A DNA stretch of 64,000 bases from assembly GCA_944324835.1 (NCBI GenBank), contig CALUXV010000004.1, forward strand, positions 763 to 64,762, given 5' to 3'. The stretch comes from Candidatus Gastranaerophilales bacterium (GTDB lineage: Bacteria > Cyanobacteriota > Vampirovibrionia > Gastranaerophilales > Gastranaerophilaceae). Numbering within the stretch: the stretch's first letter is position 1; the number at the start of each line of letters is the position of its first letter. Below are positions 20,386 to 29,629 of this stretch, piece by piece. Both the position numbers and the translations under genes were made by a program. The notes beneath the pieces are model-generated. The model made no database searches and was not told the origin of the DNA. It saw nothing but the letters and a program-made list of their open reading frames with translations.

Positions 20386-21660
20386 TTAAAATAAAATTCC
20401 TGCAATAGTTGCAGACATAAAGCAAGTCAAAGTACCTCCAATTAAAGCTTTCACTCCTAATTCAGCAAGATTTCGGCGTTGGTTTGGCGCTAATTCACCA
20501 ATCCCACCCAATTGTGTTGCAATTGAGCCAATATTACCAAAACTACAAAGAGAAAAACTTGCAATCAAAAATGCCTTTGGAGATAAAGTATCTTTTATTG
20601 CTGATAAATCAATATAGGCAACCATTTCATTAAGTATTACTTTTGTCCCCATTAATTGACTGACAGCTGTTATATCCTGATGAGGAACTCCCATTAAAAA
20701 TGCAAATATTGCAAAGAATTTGCCTAATATCATTTTTAGTGATAAATGTTGCAAATCTAAACCTAAAAACGCTCCATGCATATGAAAAGTTTTATATATT
20801 ATTGAACCGAAATACCCGAGAGTATAATCAATCATAGATACAAGAGCCACAAGAGCAATCAACATTGCAGTAACATTAATTGCAACTTGCATACCTTCTC
20901 CTGCTCCTGACGCAATAGAATCAATCAAATTAACATGTGTTCTTTCTGTTGAAAGTTTAATATTTTCACCTGTTTCAGGAATTCTATCTTCAGGATACAT
21001 CATTTTAGTAATAACAAGAACACCCGGAGCAGCCATAATTGATGATGCAAGAATATATTGAGCTGGAATTCCCATTCCTATATATATAGGCATCATAGCT
21101 CCTGAAATACAAGCCATACTTCCTGCCATACATGCCAGCAATTCTGAACGGGTTAATGCTTCCAGATATGGTTTAATCATAATCTGCGCAACAATCTGTC
21201 CGACAAAGGAGTTTGCAACAGAGCATAAAGCTTCTGCACCAGATACTTTCATTAACTTATTCATCGCTTTTCCAAGAATAAGAACTACTCTCTGCATTAT
21301 TCCATAGTAATAAAGAATATTTACAAGTATCATCATAAAGATACAAGAAGCTACAAGCTGAAGTGCAAATATCCGGCTTCCGGCACCAAAAACAGAATCA
21401 AATACTTTAAAGTTCATCAAGCCGCCAAATACAAATTGACCGCCCTGGAATGCAAAATCCAAAATCTTTTGAATTAGTACACCAATTCCCAAAAATATTT
21501 TTTGCCCTAAAGGAACTTTAAAAATAAATACAGCAAGAGAAACTTGCAGAAGAAAACCTATTCCGACAGTTTTAAAATTAATTTTCTTTCGATTATTTGA
21601 CATTAAATAAGCAATCAACAAAATAAATACAATCCCTAAAATGCCAAATAATCTATCCAT
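20386..21660 (-). CDS. nupC: NupC/CNT-family nucleoside transporter
   Basis: 424 aa, polytopic. Resembles the CNT family by eye (N-terminal 'GILGIVFILLIAYLMS', C-terminal 'GGIGELAPNQR'). Confidence 0.8.
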   Translation of the reverse strand: MDRLFGILGIVFILLIAYLMSNNRKKINFKTVGIGFLLQVSLAVFIFKVPLGQKIFLGIGVLIQKILDFAFQGGQFVFGGLMNFKVFDSVFGAGSRIFALQLVASCIFMMILVNILYYYGIMQRVVLILGKAMNKLMKVSGAEALCSVANSFVGQIVAQIMIKPYLEALTRSELLACMAGSMACISGAMMPIYIGMGIPAQYILASSIMAAPGVLVITKMMYPEDRIPETGENIKLSTERTHVNLIDSIASGAGEGMQVAINVTAMLIALVALVSMIDYTLGYFGSIIYKTFHMHGAFLGLDLQHLSLKMILGKFFAIFAFLMGVPHQDITAVSQLMGTKVILNEMVAYIDLSAIKDTLSPKAFLIASFSLCSFGNIGSIATQLGGIGELAPNQRRNLAELGVKALIGGTLTCFMSATIAGILF

Positions 21661-21730
21661 AATTTTCTCCAGTATCTAATAACGAATGAAAAAATTATAT
21701 CAAAGATAAAATCAAAAGTATATAAAAATT

Positions 21731-22285
21731 TTACAACTTATAAGAAACCGCAAGTCCTGCAGGTAAATCCAATATTTCTGTCTGGAATTCTTCATCTGCA
21801 CCTACAGCATCAAGATAAGTTTGAACTTTTTCTCTATGGGAATTTACATTGTCCGCACAAAGAATTGCATTCGGTAAAAGATGCGGCTTTAAAAGTTCAA
21901 AGTTTTTTACATACTCTCTTTTATTTGCATCAATTAACACAAAGTCAAATTTTTTGTCAGAATCAAACCCTTCTATGATATCGCACGCAGACCCTAGTAT
22001 TGGAGTATACATGCCGGCGAAACCACATTTATCAAAATTGTTCCGGGCAATACTCTGACGCTTATCATAATATTCAATAGTTGTAAGATGTCCTCTTGTT
22101 ACTTTTAGAGCATCAAGCATCCATAAGCCGGAATAACCGTTAGATGTACCTATTTCCAGCACACTTTTTGCATTTCTTATTTTTATCAACATATTTAAGA
22201 AATTTCCGGTAGCTCTGGATACATTCCAAAAATCTTTTTGTGTTTTTTCAAGTTCAGAGAATGTAACGGATAAAATTTCGTTCAT
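21731..22285 (-). CDS. Class I SAM-dependent O-methyltransferase (family 3, caffeoyl-CoA OMT-like)
   Basis: 184 aa. SAM motif 'VLEIGTSNGYSGLWM', plus 'FVLIDANK' and 'ILCADNV'. Confidence 0.8.
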   Translation of the reverse strand: MNEILSVTFSELEKTQKDFWNVSRATGNFLNMLIKIRNAKSVLEIGTSNGYSGLWMLDALKVTRGHLTTIEYYDKRQSIARNNFDKCGFAGMYTPILGSACDIIEGFDSDKKFDFVLIDANKREYVKNFELLKPHLLPNAILCADNVNSHREKVQTYLDAVGADEEFQTEILDLPAGLAVSYKL

Positions 22286-22287
22286 AA

Positions 22288-23733
22288 TTAAATCTTTCTT
22301 ATATTTTTACCAACAACAATATTACTTACCGGAATTTCAAGAGAATTTGTTTTTAAAACAACTTTCTTATTTAAATCAACAACAGAATATCTACCGGCTT
22401 TTACATCGGAAACAAGTGCTAAAGATGTGTTTGGAATCATTGACATAGAAGTTGAAAAACCTCCGGTACTCAATTTTATTATTGAAGATGGTTCATCAGA
22501 CTTAATATCAACAACCTGAATTACATTATCTTCTGCACTTAATACAAAGATATTATTATTGTAAGCAATCATATCTATTGGTTTTTTAATTGTTTCAAAT
22601 TCAGACAACAAAGTTTGATTTTTGTAGTCTAAAACTGCAATTCTATTTTTCGTACGGCTTGCAAGATAGAGTTTCCCATCAGCATAAACTAATTTTGCAA
22701 TATTTGGATAACTGCCTAAATCTTTTAAAGTATATTCATTTCCAAGTTCAATACTCCATATTTTATTTGTTAATTTATCAACATATAACAAGTAATCATT
22801 ATTTAATATAAGCTTTTCACATCTGCCGTTTACTTTAATTTTTTTCTTTAATACCATATCCGCTAATGATACTTGATAAATAGTTGATGCATCAGGACTT
22901 GCTACATATGCAACATTATTTTTAGCATCCATTACAATTTCACCGCCATTGGTTGTTAAATCCAACTGTTTTATAATTCTATCATCTGCAAGTGAAATTA
23001 TATCAACCAGAGTACTATTAAACGTTGTAACAAATAAAAATTTGTTATCAGGTGTTATTGCTATACATCTTGGTATTGCTTTTTGAGAAAGAGCATATTG
23101 AGGCTTTTGAGCTTCACCCTTTACAACCTGAATATCCTTTGTATAACAGGTTGAAATGTATAAAATTTTATCATTTAACTGCGGAATAGTTGAAACACGG
23201 TTAGCCTGTTTTATAGGCTTAACAGGCTCTGTCCTCTTGAATTCAATCTTCGCTGCCGGAATTTTAATTTCTTCTTCCGGTGCAATTTTTACAGTCAAGT
23301 TCCCTGTAATAGCTTTCAAATTCTCAGGAATTATAAGGTTTTTAGGAACCAGCATATCCTGCGGAAGTAAACCTGATTTTATAACAACAGGCGGTTTGTC
23401 AAATTTTTTAATAGTTCTGGTTCCATCTTTATTCACAATAACTTTTAATAAAACAAAATCGTTATTAAATATAACTACATCAGGATGTTTTGCTAAAGGT
23501 GTTTTAGCCGGATAAGTTGTTGCAACTGTAAGTTTTTCAGGATTTTTCATTTTTGCAGGATATAAAGGTAAATATACTGTTCCATCTTGCAAAATAATAA
23601 CCCCATCAAATCTTATATCAACATTAGGGAACGTTTTTTTCAACATTAATTGAACATCATCAGGAAGTTTCGCAGCAATAGCTGCAGGAATTAATGATAC
23701 AAATGTTATTAACAAAACAAAAAACTTTTTCAC
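22288..23733 (-). CDS. Secreted YVTN-type beta-propeller repeat protein
   Basis: 481 aa. Signal peptide 'MKKFFVLLITFVSLIPAAIA'. At least 5 repeats of the type 'NNVAYVASPDASTIYQVSLAD'. The GTG start overlaps the dnaJ stop (TAGTG). Confidence 0.6.
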   Translation of the reverse strand: MKKFFVLLITFVSLIPAAIAAKLPDDVQLMLKKTFPNVDIRFDGVIILQDGTVYLPLYPAKMKNPEKLTVATTYPAKTPLAKHPDVVIFNNDFVLLKVIVNKDGTRTIKKFDKPPVVIKSGLLPQDMLVPKNLIIPENLKAITGNLTVKIAPEEEIKIPAAKIEFKRTEPVKPIKQANRVSTIPQLNDKILYISTCYTKDIQVVKGEAQKPQYALSQKAIPRCIAITPDNKFLFVTTFNSTLVDIISLADDRIIKQLDLTTNGGEIVMDAKNNVAYVASPDASTIYQVSLADMVLKKKIKVNGRCEKLILNNDYLLYVDKLTNKIWSIELGNEYTLKDLGSYPNIAKLVYADGKLYLASRTKNRIAVLDYKNQTLLSEFETIKKPIDMIAYNNNIFVLSAEDNVIQVVDIKSDEPSSIIKLSTGGFSTSMSMIPNTSLALVSDVKAGRYSVVDLNKKVVLKTNSLEIPVSNIVVGKNIRKI

Positions 23734-24857
23734 TATTTAAACGCCCCTTTAATTTTTTCCTTAACAGATTGTTTTCTTACTCTGCCTGTTTCTATCTCAT
23801 ACAAAGATTCATACAAACGTTTTTCTTCATTAGAAATATGTGTTGGTGTTTTAACCGACACAACAACAATATGATCACCTCTCATTGACGGATTTGAAAG
23901 TACAGGAACTCCCGCACCTTTTATTGTGACTCTATCTCCTGATTGAAGTCCTTGAGGTATAGAAATCTTCTTTTCACCATCAATTGTTTTTATAACAATT
24001 TCGTCACCTAATACTGCTTGTGCAGGAGAAACGTCGAGTTTCGTATATATATTTATTCCATCTCTATGGAAGTAATCCGACGGTTTTACATGAATAATAA
24101 CATATAAATCCCCTGCAGGTCCGCCATTTAAACCGGCATCACCTTCTCCTGAAAGACGCATTTTAGACCCGGTATCGACACCTTTAGGAATCTTAATTGA
24201 TAATGTTTTTTCTGTTTCTTTGCGTCCCTGTCCTTTGCAATCCGGACAAGGATCAGAAATAATTTTTCCTTTTCCATGACACTTAGGACAGGTTACAATT
24301 TGTGCAAAACTTCCTAGAATTGTTTGAGTTGTTTGTTGTATTTGTCCTCTGCCGCCGCAAGTCGGACAAGTAACAGGTTTGCTTCCTTGTTTTGCTCCGG
24401 TTCCATTACAAGAATGACATACTTCAAGATGGTCTATCTTAATTTCTTTTTCAAGACCAAACATAGCATCTTCAAATTCTATTTCTATATCAAGACGTAA
24501 ATTTTCACCTCTTACAGGAGCATTAGGATCAACTCTTCGTGAAGATGAACCAAAACCAAAACCGCCAAAGAAAGATTCAAATATATCATTCAAATCGCCA
24601 AAGCCGTCAGCAAAAGGGCCTTGAGAAGAATATCCCGAGTTTTGCAAACCCTCTTCACCAAACCTGTCATAGGTAGCACGTTTATTATCATCCATAAGAA
24701 CTTCGTAAGCTTTACCAAGTTCTTTAAATTTTTCTTCAGCATCCGGAGCTTTATTTACATCCGGATGGTATTTGCGTGCCATTTTTCTAAAAGCACTTTT
24801 TATTTCATCTTTTGTTGCATCTTTTGATACACCCAGTATTTCATAATAATCCGTCAT
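23733..24857 (-). CDS. dnaJ: Chaperone DnaJ (type I: J domain, G/F region, four CxxCxGxG zinc motifs)
   Basis: 374 aa. 'DYYEILGV', 'KYHPD', 'CHSCNGTG', 'CPTCGGRG', 'CPKCHGKG', 'CPDCKGQG'. Confidence 0.95.
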   Translation of the reverse strand: MTDYYEILGVSKDATKDEIKSAFRKMARKYHPDVNKAPDAEEKFKELGKAYEVLMDDNKRATYDRFGEEGLQNSGYSSQGPFADGFGDLNDIFESFFGGFGFGSSSRRVDPNAPVRGENLRLDIEIEFEDAMFGLEKEIKIDHLEVCHSCNGTGAKQGSKPVTCPTCGGRGQIQQTTQTILGSFAQIVTCPKCHGKGKIISDPCPDCKGQGRKETEKTLSIKIPKGVDTGSKMRLSGEGDAGLNGGPAGDLYVIIHVKPSDYFHRDGINIYTKLDVSPAQAVLGDEIVIKTIDGEKKISIPQGLQSGDRVTIKGAGVPVLSNPSMRGDHIVVVSVKTPTHISNEEKRLYESLYEIETGRVRKQSVKEKIKGAFK

Positions 24858-24876
24858 CGTTTTCTCTTTTTCTATT

Positions 24877-25515
24877 TTATTCGGCTGTTGCTACATTTAC
24901 TAATGCAGGTCTGAGAACTCTGTCTCCTAATTTGTATCCTTTTTGCAATTCAGCGATAATTGTATGTTCAGGATGTTCATTTGTCGGTGTTTGCATAACC
25001 GCTTCATGGAAATTAGGGTCAAATTCTTCTCCAATACACTGGATAACCTCCAGACCTATTTTTGTTAATGAATCTGTCAATTGCTTATGCACAAGGCTAA
25101 AACTTTCTTTTACCTTTTCACAATCTTCAATGTCAGCAATTGCTTTTTCACCTCTATCAAAGTTATCTAAAACATCAATTAATTTTTTTAAAGTATCTTC
25201 TGCACCATATTTTAAAAGACTTTCACGTTCTTGTGCCTGTCTTTTCCTATAATTATCAAAATCTGCAGCCAATCTTATGTATTGATTATTCAATTTATCA
25301 TATTCAGCTTGCAGTTTTTCTAAATCTGAATTGTGAGACTCTTCTTCTGGTTGTTCAACAATTTCTTCATCAGAAATATCTTCATTAACAACCACTTCTG
25401 CTTCAGGATTCAATTCTGTTTTTTGGTTATCAGAGTTAATTTCTGTTTGTTCTTCAGGAACGGTATTATTTACCCCTTCATTTACCCCTTCATTTGTCCC
25501 GAATGGATTTGTCAT
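24877..25515 (-). CDS. grpE: Nucleotide exchange factor GrpE
   Basis: 212 aa. Acidic N-terminus, '[12 protein letters not shown]', 'FDPNFHEAV', '[14 protein letters not shown]'. Confidence 0.9.
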   Translation of the reverse strand: MTNPFGTNEGVNEGVNNTVPEEQTEINSDNQKTELNPEAEVVVNEDISDEEIVEQPEEESHNSDLEKLQAEYDKLNNQYIRLAADFDNYRKRQAQERESLLKYGAEDTLKKLIDVLDNFDRGEKAIADIEDCEKVKESFSLVHKQLTDSLTKIGLEVIQCIGEEFDPNFHEAVMQTPTNEHPEHTIIAELQKGYKLGDRVLRPALVNVATAE

Positions 25516-25550
25516 AGTTAAACTCCCTTTATAGTATTTTACATACTCAA

Positions 25551-26729
25551 TTATAGTTTATCAAATAAGTTATACAAGGAAACTTTATTTTTTTTTAACA
25601 ATTCAGGAATATTCCAAAAAGTTTTTTGAATCTGCTGGATAAGTTCCGGAGTATGGTATTTTGTATCGTATTTATTATAATTAGTATAACAAAATATACC
25701 GGCTGTAATAAGCATAGTAATAAGTAAAAAAACAAATACTTTAAAAGCTCTAAGTATTGCACCAATCGGGAGTCTTTCCCCTTGCCTTACAATATCAGAT
25801 TTTATTAACAGCGTGTCTACTACTTCTGAAATTGACTTATTCTGGATATCTTCCATAATTTCAGCATTAGAGTCAGAAGAGTTAAAAAGCTTTTCTAAAT
25901 TCGCTCTTGCACATTCAAGTTTAAAATTATCAGCAGTTTTTTGTTGTTCGCCAATATTTATGATTTGCGCCTTTGACTGAATGAAAGCATCCGCAAGTTG
26001 TGACACATTTGCAGCATTACGATTTATTTCCTCTTTTATTGCGTCTTCTTTTTCAACAAGGGCAGAATATACACTTGCCGCATGTTCAAATTTAATCATC
26101 TCCTCACGTAAGTATTCCGAGCGGGATAATAATTTGAAAAATTCTATTTTATCTTCAATAGTTCCATCAAGATATTTTATAATTTTTATTTTTTCTTTTT
26201 TTAAAGTTTCTAAATTTTCCGGAGATTTTGTAACATAAAAATCAATTTCATCAAAGCTTTTTAAACTTTCTTTATCAATATAATAATTTTCATTATCCGA
26301 ATTTGTTCTATCCAGTTCTTCAACAGGTAAGAACCCAAGCAGTTTTACCATATTATTTTCGAACCTGACAAACATTATGATATCCCCTAAAAGACCATAT
26401 CTTTCGTGTTTTTGGGGAATATACAATTTATAATCATCAAAATTATATCTTACAGATACACAACAATGATTTACAAAAACTTCTGCGACATCCCATTTTT
26501 CAATAATTGATGGAATCTCTTGAAGAGAAAAAGAAGTATCACAATTTAAACCAAAATTTGTTAAAATTTTTTCCGCAGCCTTTGCCGCATAAAAATTAGC
26601 AATAATTCTGGATTTATTTGAGTTTTTAAATCTTGACGATTTATATCCGATTTCTTTTAATTCATCATATGAAAAAGATATAATATCAAGAGGTTTAATA
26701 TTATTAAAATTTTCCGTAAATTCTTCCAT
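25551..26729 (-). CDS. Hypothetical membrane-anchored protein (no family recognised)
   Basis: 392 aa. C-terminal TM helix 'VFVFLLITMLITAGIFCY' and a helical middle region. Ends 35 nt upstream of grpE on the same strand. Confidence 0.6.
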   Translation of the reverse strand: MEEFTENFNNIKPLDIISFSYDELKEIGYKSSRFKNSNKSRIIANFYAAKAAEKILTNFGLNCDTSFSLQEIPSIIEKWDVAEVFVNHCCVSVRYNFDDYKLYIPQKHERYGLLGDIIMFVRFENNMVKLLGFLPVEELDRTNSDNENYYIDKESLKSFDEIDFYVTKSPENLETLKKEKIKIIKYLDGTIEDKIEFFKLLSRSEYLREEMIKFEHAASVYSALVEKEDAIKEEINRNAANVSQLADAFIQSKAQIINIGEQQKTADNFKLECARANLEKLFNSSDSNAEIMEDIQNKSISEVVDTLLIKSDIVRQGERLPIGAILRAFKVFVFLLITMLITAGIFCYTNYNKYDTKYHTPELIQQIQKTFWNIPELLKKNKVSLYNLFDKL

Positions 26730-26863
26730 TCCAATAATTATTGTACTATGAATTTATAAGTTTTGTAAATAAAACTTAACAAATGCTCAAAAAAGAGCAA
26801 AAATCATGATTTTGGTGGTTTTATATACATGTGTGATAGATAAATAACCCTTGGAGGTGTGTT

Positions 26864-27298
26864 ATGGTAAGTGGTGTTTCTTTTAAAGCAGGTGCATTAG
26901 ATTCTGCAAGAGATATTCTTGATCAACCGCAAAAGCATTCAAAACCGGCAGGAGCACAAACAGCTCCGGAATCTAGAACTGACGAGTATGTAAAACCGAA
27001 GAAAAAACATACAGTTAGAAATGCAATCATTGGAACTTTAGCAGCTGCAGCAGTAATTGTAGGCGGCTTAGTTGCAGGCCACAAGTTAGGCGGATTCAAA
27101 AAAGTAATTGAAAAAGTAGGTACAGATGCTACCGGATTTAAGAAATTCTTAGGTCAAGCAGCAGAAAAAGCTAACAAAGCTGGCGAAGCTATTGTAAACT
27201 TTGGCAAAGATGCTTGGACCAGAGTAACAAAAATGTTTAAAAAAGGTGCTGAAGGTGCAGAAGGTGCTGGCACAGAAGCCGGTGGAGCTGCATCATAA
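26864..27298 (+). CDS. Hypothetical single-pass membrane protein, Ala/Gly/Lys-rich
   Basis: 144 aa. SD GGAGG, TM helix 'AIIGTLAAAAVIVGGLVAG', its own terminator downstream. The coding sequence looks locally GC-rich. Confidence 0.6.
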   Translation: MVSGVSFKAGALDSARDILDQPQKHSKPAGAQTAPESRTDEYVKPKKKHTVRNAIIGTLAAAAVIVGGLVAGHKLGGFKKVIEKVGTDATGFKKFLGQAAEKANKAGEAIVNFGKDAWTRVTKMFKKGAEGAEGAGTEAGGAAS

Positions 27299-27325
27299 AA
27301 AATATTTACACCAACAAGGTATTAT

Positions 27326-27359
27326 AAAATGGCGGTATAGTAATTATACCGCCATTTTT
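27326..27359 (+). terminator. Intrinsic terminator
   Basis: 14-bp stem aaaatggcggtata / tataccgccatttt with a 5-nt loop and a trailing T-run. Confidence 0.85.
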
Positions 27360-27445
27360 ACATGTAAAAATTTGTAAAATTAATAGCAAATTATTATTTG
27401 AGGAGTGTTAGATTAAAAGTAAACCAACAATGAAAGGATTAAAAA

Positions 27446-27931
27446 ATGAATCTAGGAATCAACCAGATGAGTCAAAATATTAATTGCTCAAGAAAAAACT
27501 CTTCACCAAATTTTGGAATGGCACTTAAAGTAGATAAATCAGCATACCCTATTATAAAAAAACAAGCAATAGCTCTTGGAGAAAAAAAGAAAAATAACTT
27601 CCTTTTCAAAATAGAACAAGCATTTGAAAGGCAAAAAGAAAATCCTGTAAATATAATTCTTAGAAAAGCAAAACATAGAGAAGCATTAGCAGCGGAAGTT
27701 GTTGATTCAGAATGCGGAAAAACACTAGGCGGAGTAAAAAACAAAATAAAATCTCAACCAATCATTGGTAAAAATGGAAGTTTAAGATTTTTAGACAAAG
27801 CAGAAAAAAATGCTAATAAATTAAATGAAACAAACAAACAAATACAAAATTTAATAAACCGTATTCCTGAAGCAGAACCAAAAGATTATGGAAAACCAAT
27901 AAAACTACCTGAAATTAATACAGAAGCATAA
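27446..27931 (+). CDS. Hypothetical Lys-rich protein (161 aa)
   Basis: ORF bracketed by two terminators. No family recognised. Confidence 0.5.
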   Translation: MNLGINQMSQNINCSRKNSSPNFGMALKVDKSAYPIIKKQAIALGEKKKNNFLFKIEQAFERQKENPVNIILRKAKHREALAAEVVDSECGKTLGGVKNKIKSQPIIGKNGSLRFLDKAEKNANKLNETNKQIQNLINRIPEAEPKDYGKPIKLPEINTEA

Positions 27932-27939
27932 AACTTATA

Positions 27940-27966
27940 AACCCGGTGATTAATTCGCCGGGTTTT
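27940..27966 (+). terminator. Intrinsic terminator
   Basis: 9-bp stem aacccggtg / cgccgggtt (one G-U pair) followed by TTTT. Confidence 0.75.
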
Positions 27967-28012
27967 ATTATACTTTATTTGACAAGAAGTTAGAAAATGC
28001 TATCATTCTTTT

Positions 28013-29620
28013 ATGGATGTAATATCAGAAATAAACAGAGCCGTTGAATTTGTCAAACATAAAGATTACAATTCTGCGAAGGAAATATATCTAAAAGCAC
28101 TTGAATTAAACCCTGATAACCCCACATTACTAAGTTTTCTCGGATATTTATATATTTCAACAAAAGAATACAAAAAAGCCGAAAAATCTTTTGAAAAAGC
28201 GTATTTATACTCTAAAGATATTTCAATAAAATCAGGACTTGCATTGAGTAAATTTATGCTCCAAAAATTCGAAGAAGCGGTTTCTTTATACTCCAAATTA
28301 ATTTTAGAAGATAATAAATGCGAATATTATGAAAAAATAACATTAGCATTTTCAAATTTAATAACATACGGTAAAAAACAATATTTAGAAAATTTCTATA
28401 AATACTCCCTTGAAGGAATATCTAAATTTCCATTAAATAAAGATATAATGCTTAATTACTCAACAGCTTGTATTTATAGTGGTAAATTACATGACGGAGA
28501 AAAAGCTTGTTATGATGCACTAAAATTTGATTCAAAATATTGGAAAACCTGGACTCAAATGGGATTAATACAAGAATTTTTATATTGTAACGAAGAAAAA
28601 GCTCAAGAATATTATAAAAAAGCATTGAAATATAACGCTGGATATTCTGTATATTATGATTTAGGTATTAGTTACTCAAAATCTGCTGATTATAATAAAG
28701 CATTAAGATGTTTTAAAAAAGCTTTAACATTTGCTCCTGATAATGAGCCTATTCTTTTAGGAATTGCTTTCAATTATTTTAAACAACGTAAATTTAAAGA
28801 AGGTTACAAATATTATATAAAACAAAATGATTCCAGTGCAGTTCGCAAGCTGACAAATATATGGAATGGTAAAAAACACAAGAACAAAACAATATTTATT
28901 TTCCCGGATTTGGCTTTTGGAGATCATATAATGTTTATGAGATATGTTCCATATCTCAAAGATAAATTTCAAAAAATTATAGTTTATGCTTATCCGCAAC
29001 TTATAAAATTATTTTCTAAAAATTTCCCTGATATTGAATTTGTATCAGAATTTCCTGAATACGATTATTCTATAGCATTATCAAAACTGCCGTATTATTT
29101 AAAAATGGATTTTTCTCATATTCCATCTTCATCAGGTTATATAAACAATATTAAACCTAACAATAGAAATTTGAAAATTGGTCTTTGCTGGGAAGCCGGA
29201 AACGCAGATATAAGAAGTACTATACATAGAACTATCAATATAAAAGAATTTTGTCCGCTATTCGACACGGGTTTAGATATTTATTCATTTCAAGTGAATC
29301 CATCAAGTAATGATTATCTCAAATATAATATGACCGATTTAGGAAAAACGTTTAATGACTTTTATGACACCTCCATTGCATTACAAAATATGGATGTATT
29401 AATATCTGTTGATACATCTGTTGCAAACCTTGCCGGAGCAATGGGAGTAAAAACATTTCTTTTAATTCCATATTATTCAGATTGGCGCTGGTTTGATAAT
29501 ACGAATAAAACAGAATGGTATGATTCTGTTAAAATCTTCAAACAAACAGAAAAAAATTCCTGGAAGAATGAAATAGAACGAATTATATCAGAATTGACGA
29601 AACTAAATAAACAATGCTAG
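28013..29620 (+). CDS. TPR-repeat + GT9-like (heptosyltransferase-fold) glycosyltransferase, paralogue 1
   Basis: 535 aa. N-terminal TPRs ('AKEIYLKALELNPDNP'). C-terminal 'GLCWEAGN' and 'DTSVANLAGAMGVKTFLLIPYYSDWRWF' resemble the GT9 nucleotide-sugar-binding segment. Confidence 0.65.
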   Translation: MDVISEINRAVEFVKHKDYNSAKEIYLKALELNPDNPTLLSFLGYLYISTKEYKKAEKSFEKAYLYSKDISIKSGLALSKFMLQKFEEAVSLYSKLILEDNKCEYYEKITLAFSNLITYGKKQYLENFYKYSLEGISKFPLNKDIMLNYSTACIYSGKLHDGEKACYDALKFDSKYWKTWTQMGLIQEFLYCNEEKAQEYYKKALKYNAGYSVYYDLGISYSKSADYNKALRCFKKALTFAPDNEPILLGIAFNYFKQRKFKEGYKYYIKQNDSSAVRKLTNIWNGKKHKNKTIFIFPDLAFGDHIMFMRYVPYLKDKFQKIIVYAYPQLIKLFSKNFPDIEFVSEFPEYDYSIALSKLPYYLKMDFSHIPSSSGYINNIKPNNRNLKIGLCWEAGNADIRSTIHRTINIKEFCPLFDTGLDIYSFQVNPSSNDYLKYNMTDLGKTFNDFYDTSIALQNMDVLISVDTSVANLAGAMGVKTFLLIPYYSDWRWFDNTNKTEWYDSVKIFKQTEKNSWKNEIERIISELTKLNKQC

Positions 29621-29629
29621 AATAAGCCT

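Noticed and set aside
26730-26863. CIRCE/HrcA operator upstream of the chaperone operon or of hsp20 (32255-32412)
   Set aside because: TTAGCACTC-N9-GAGTGCTAA is absent. Only a 5-bp inverted repeat (TGCTC-N6-GAGCA) is present.
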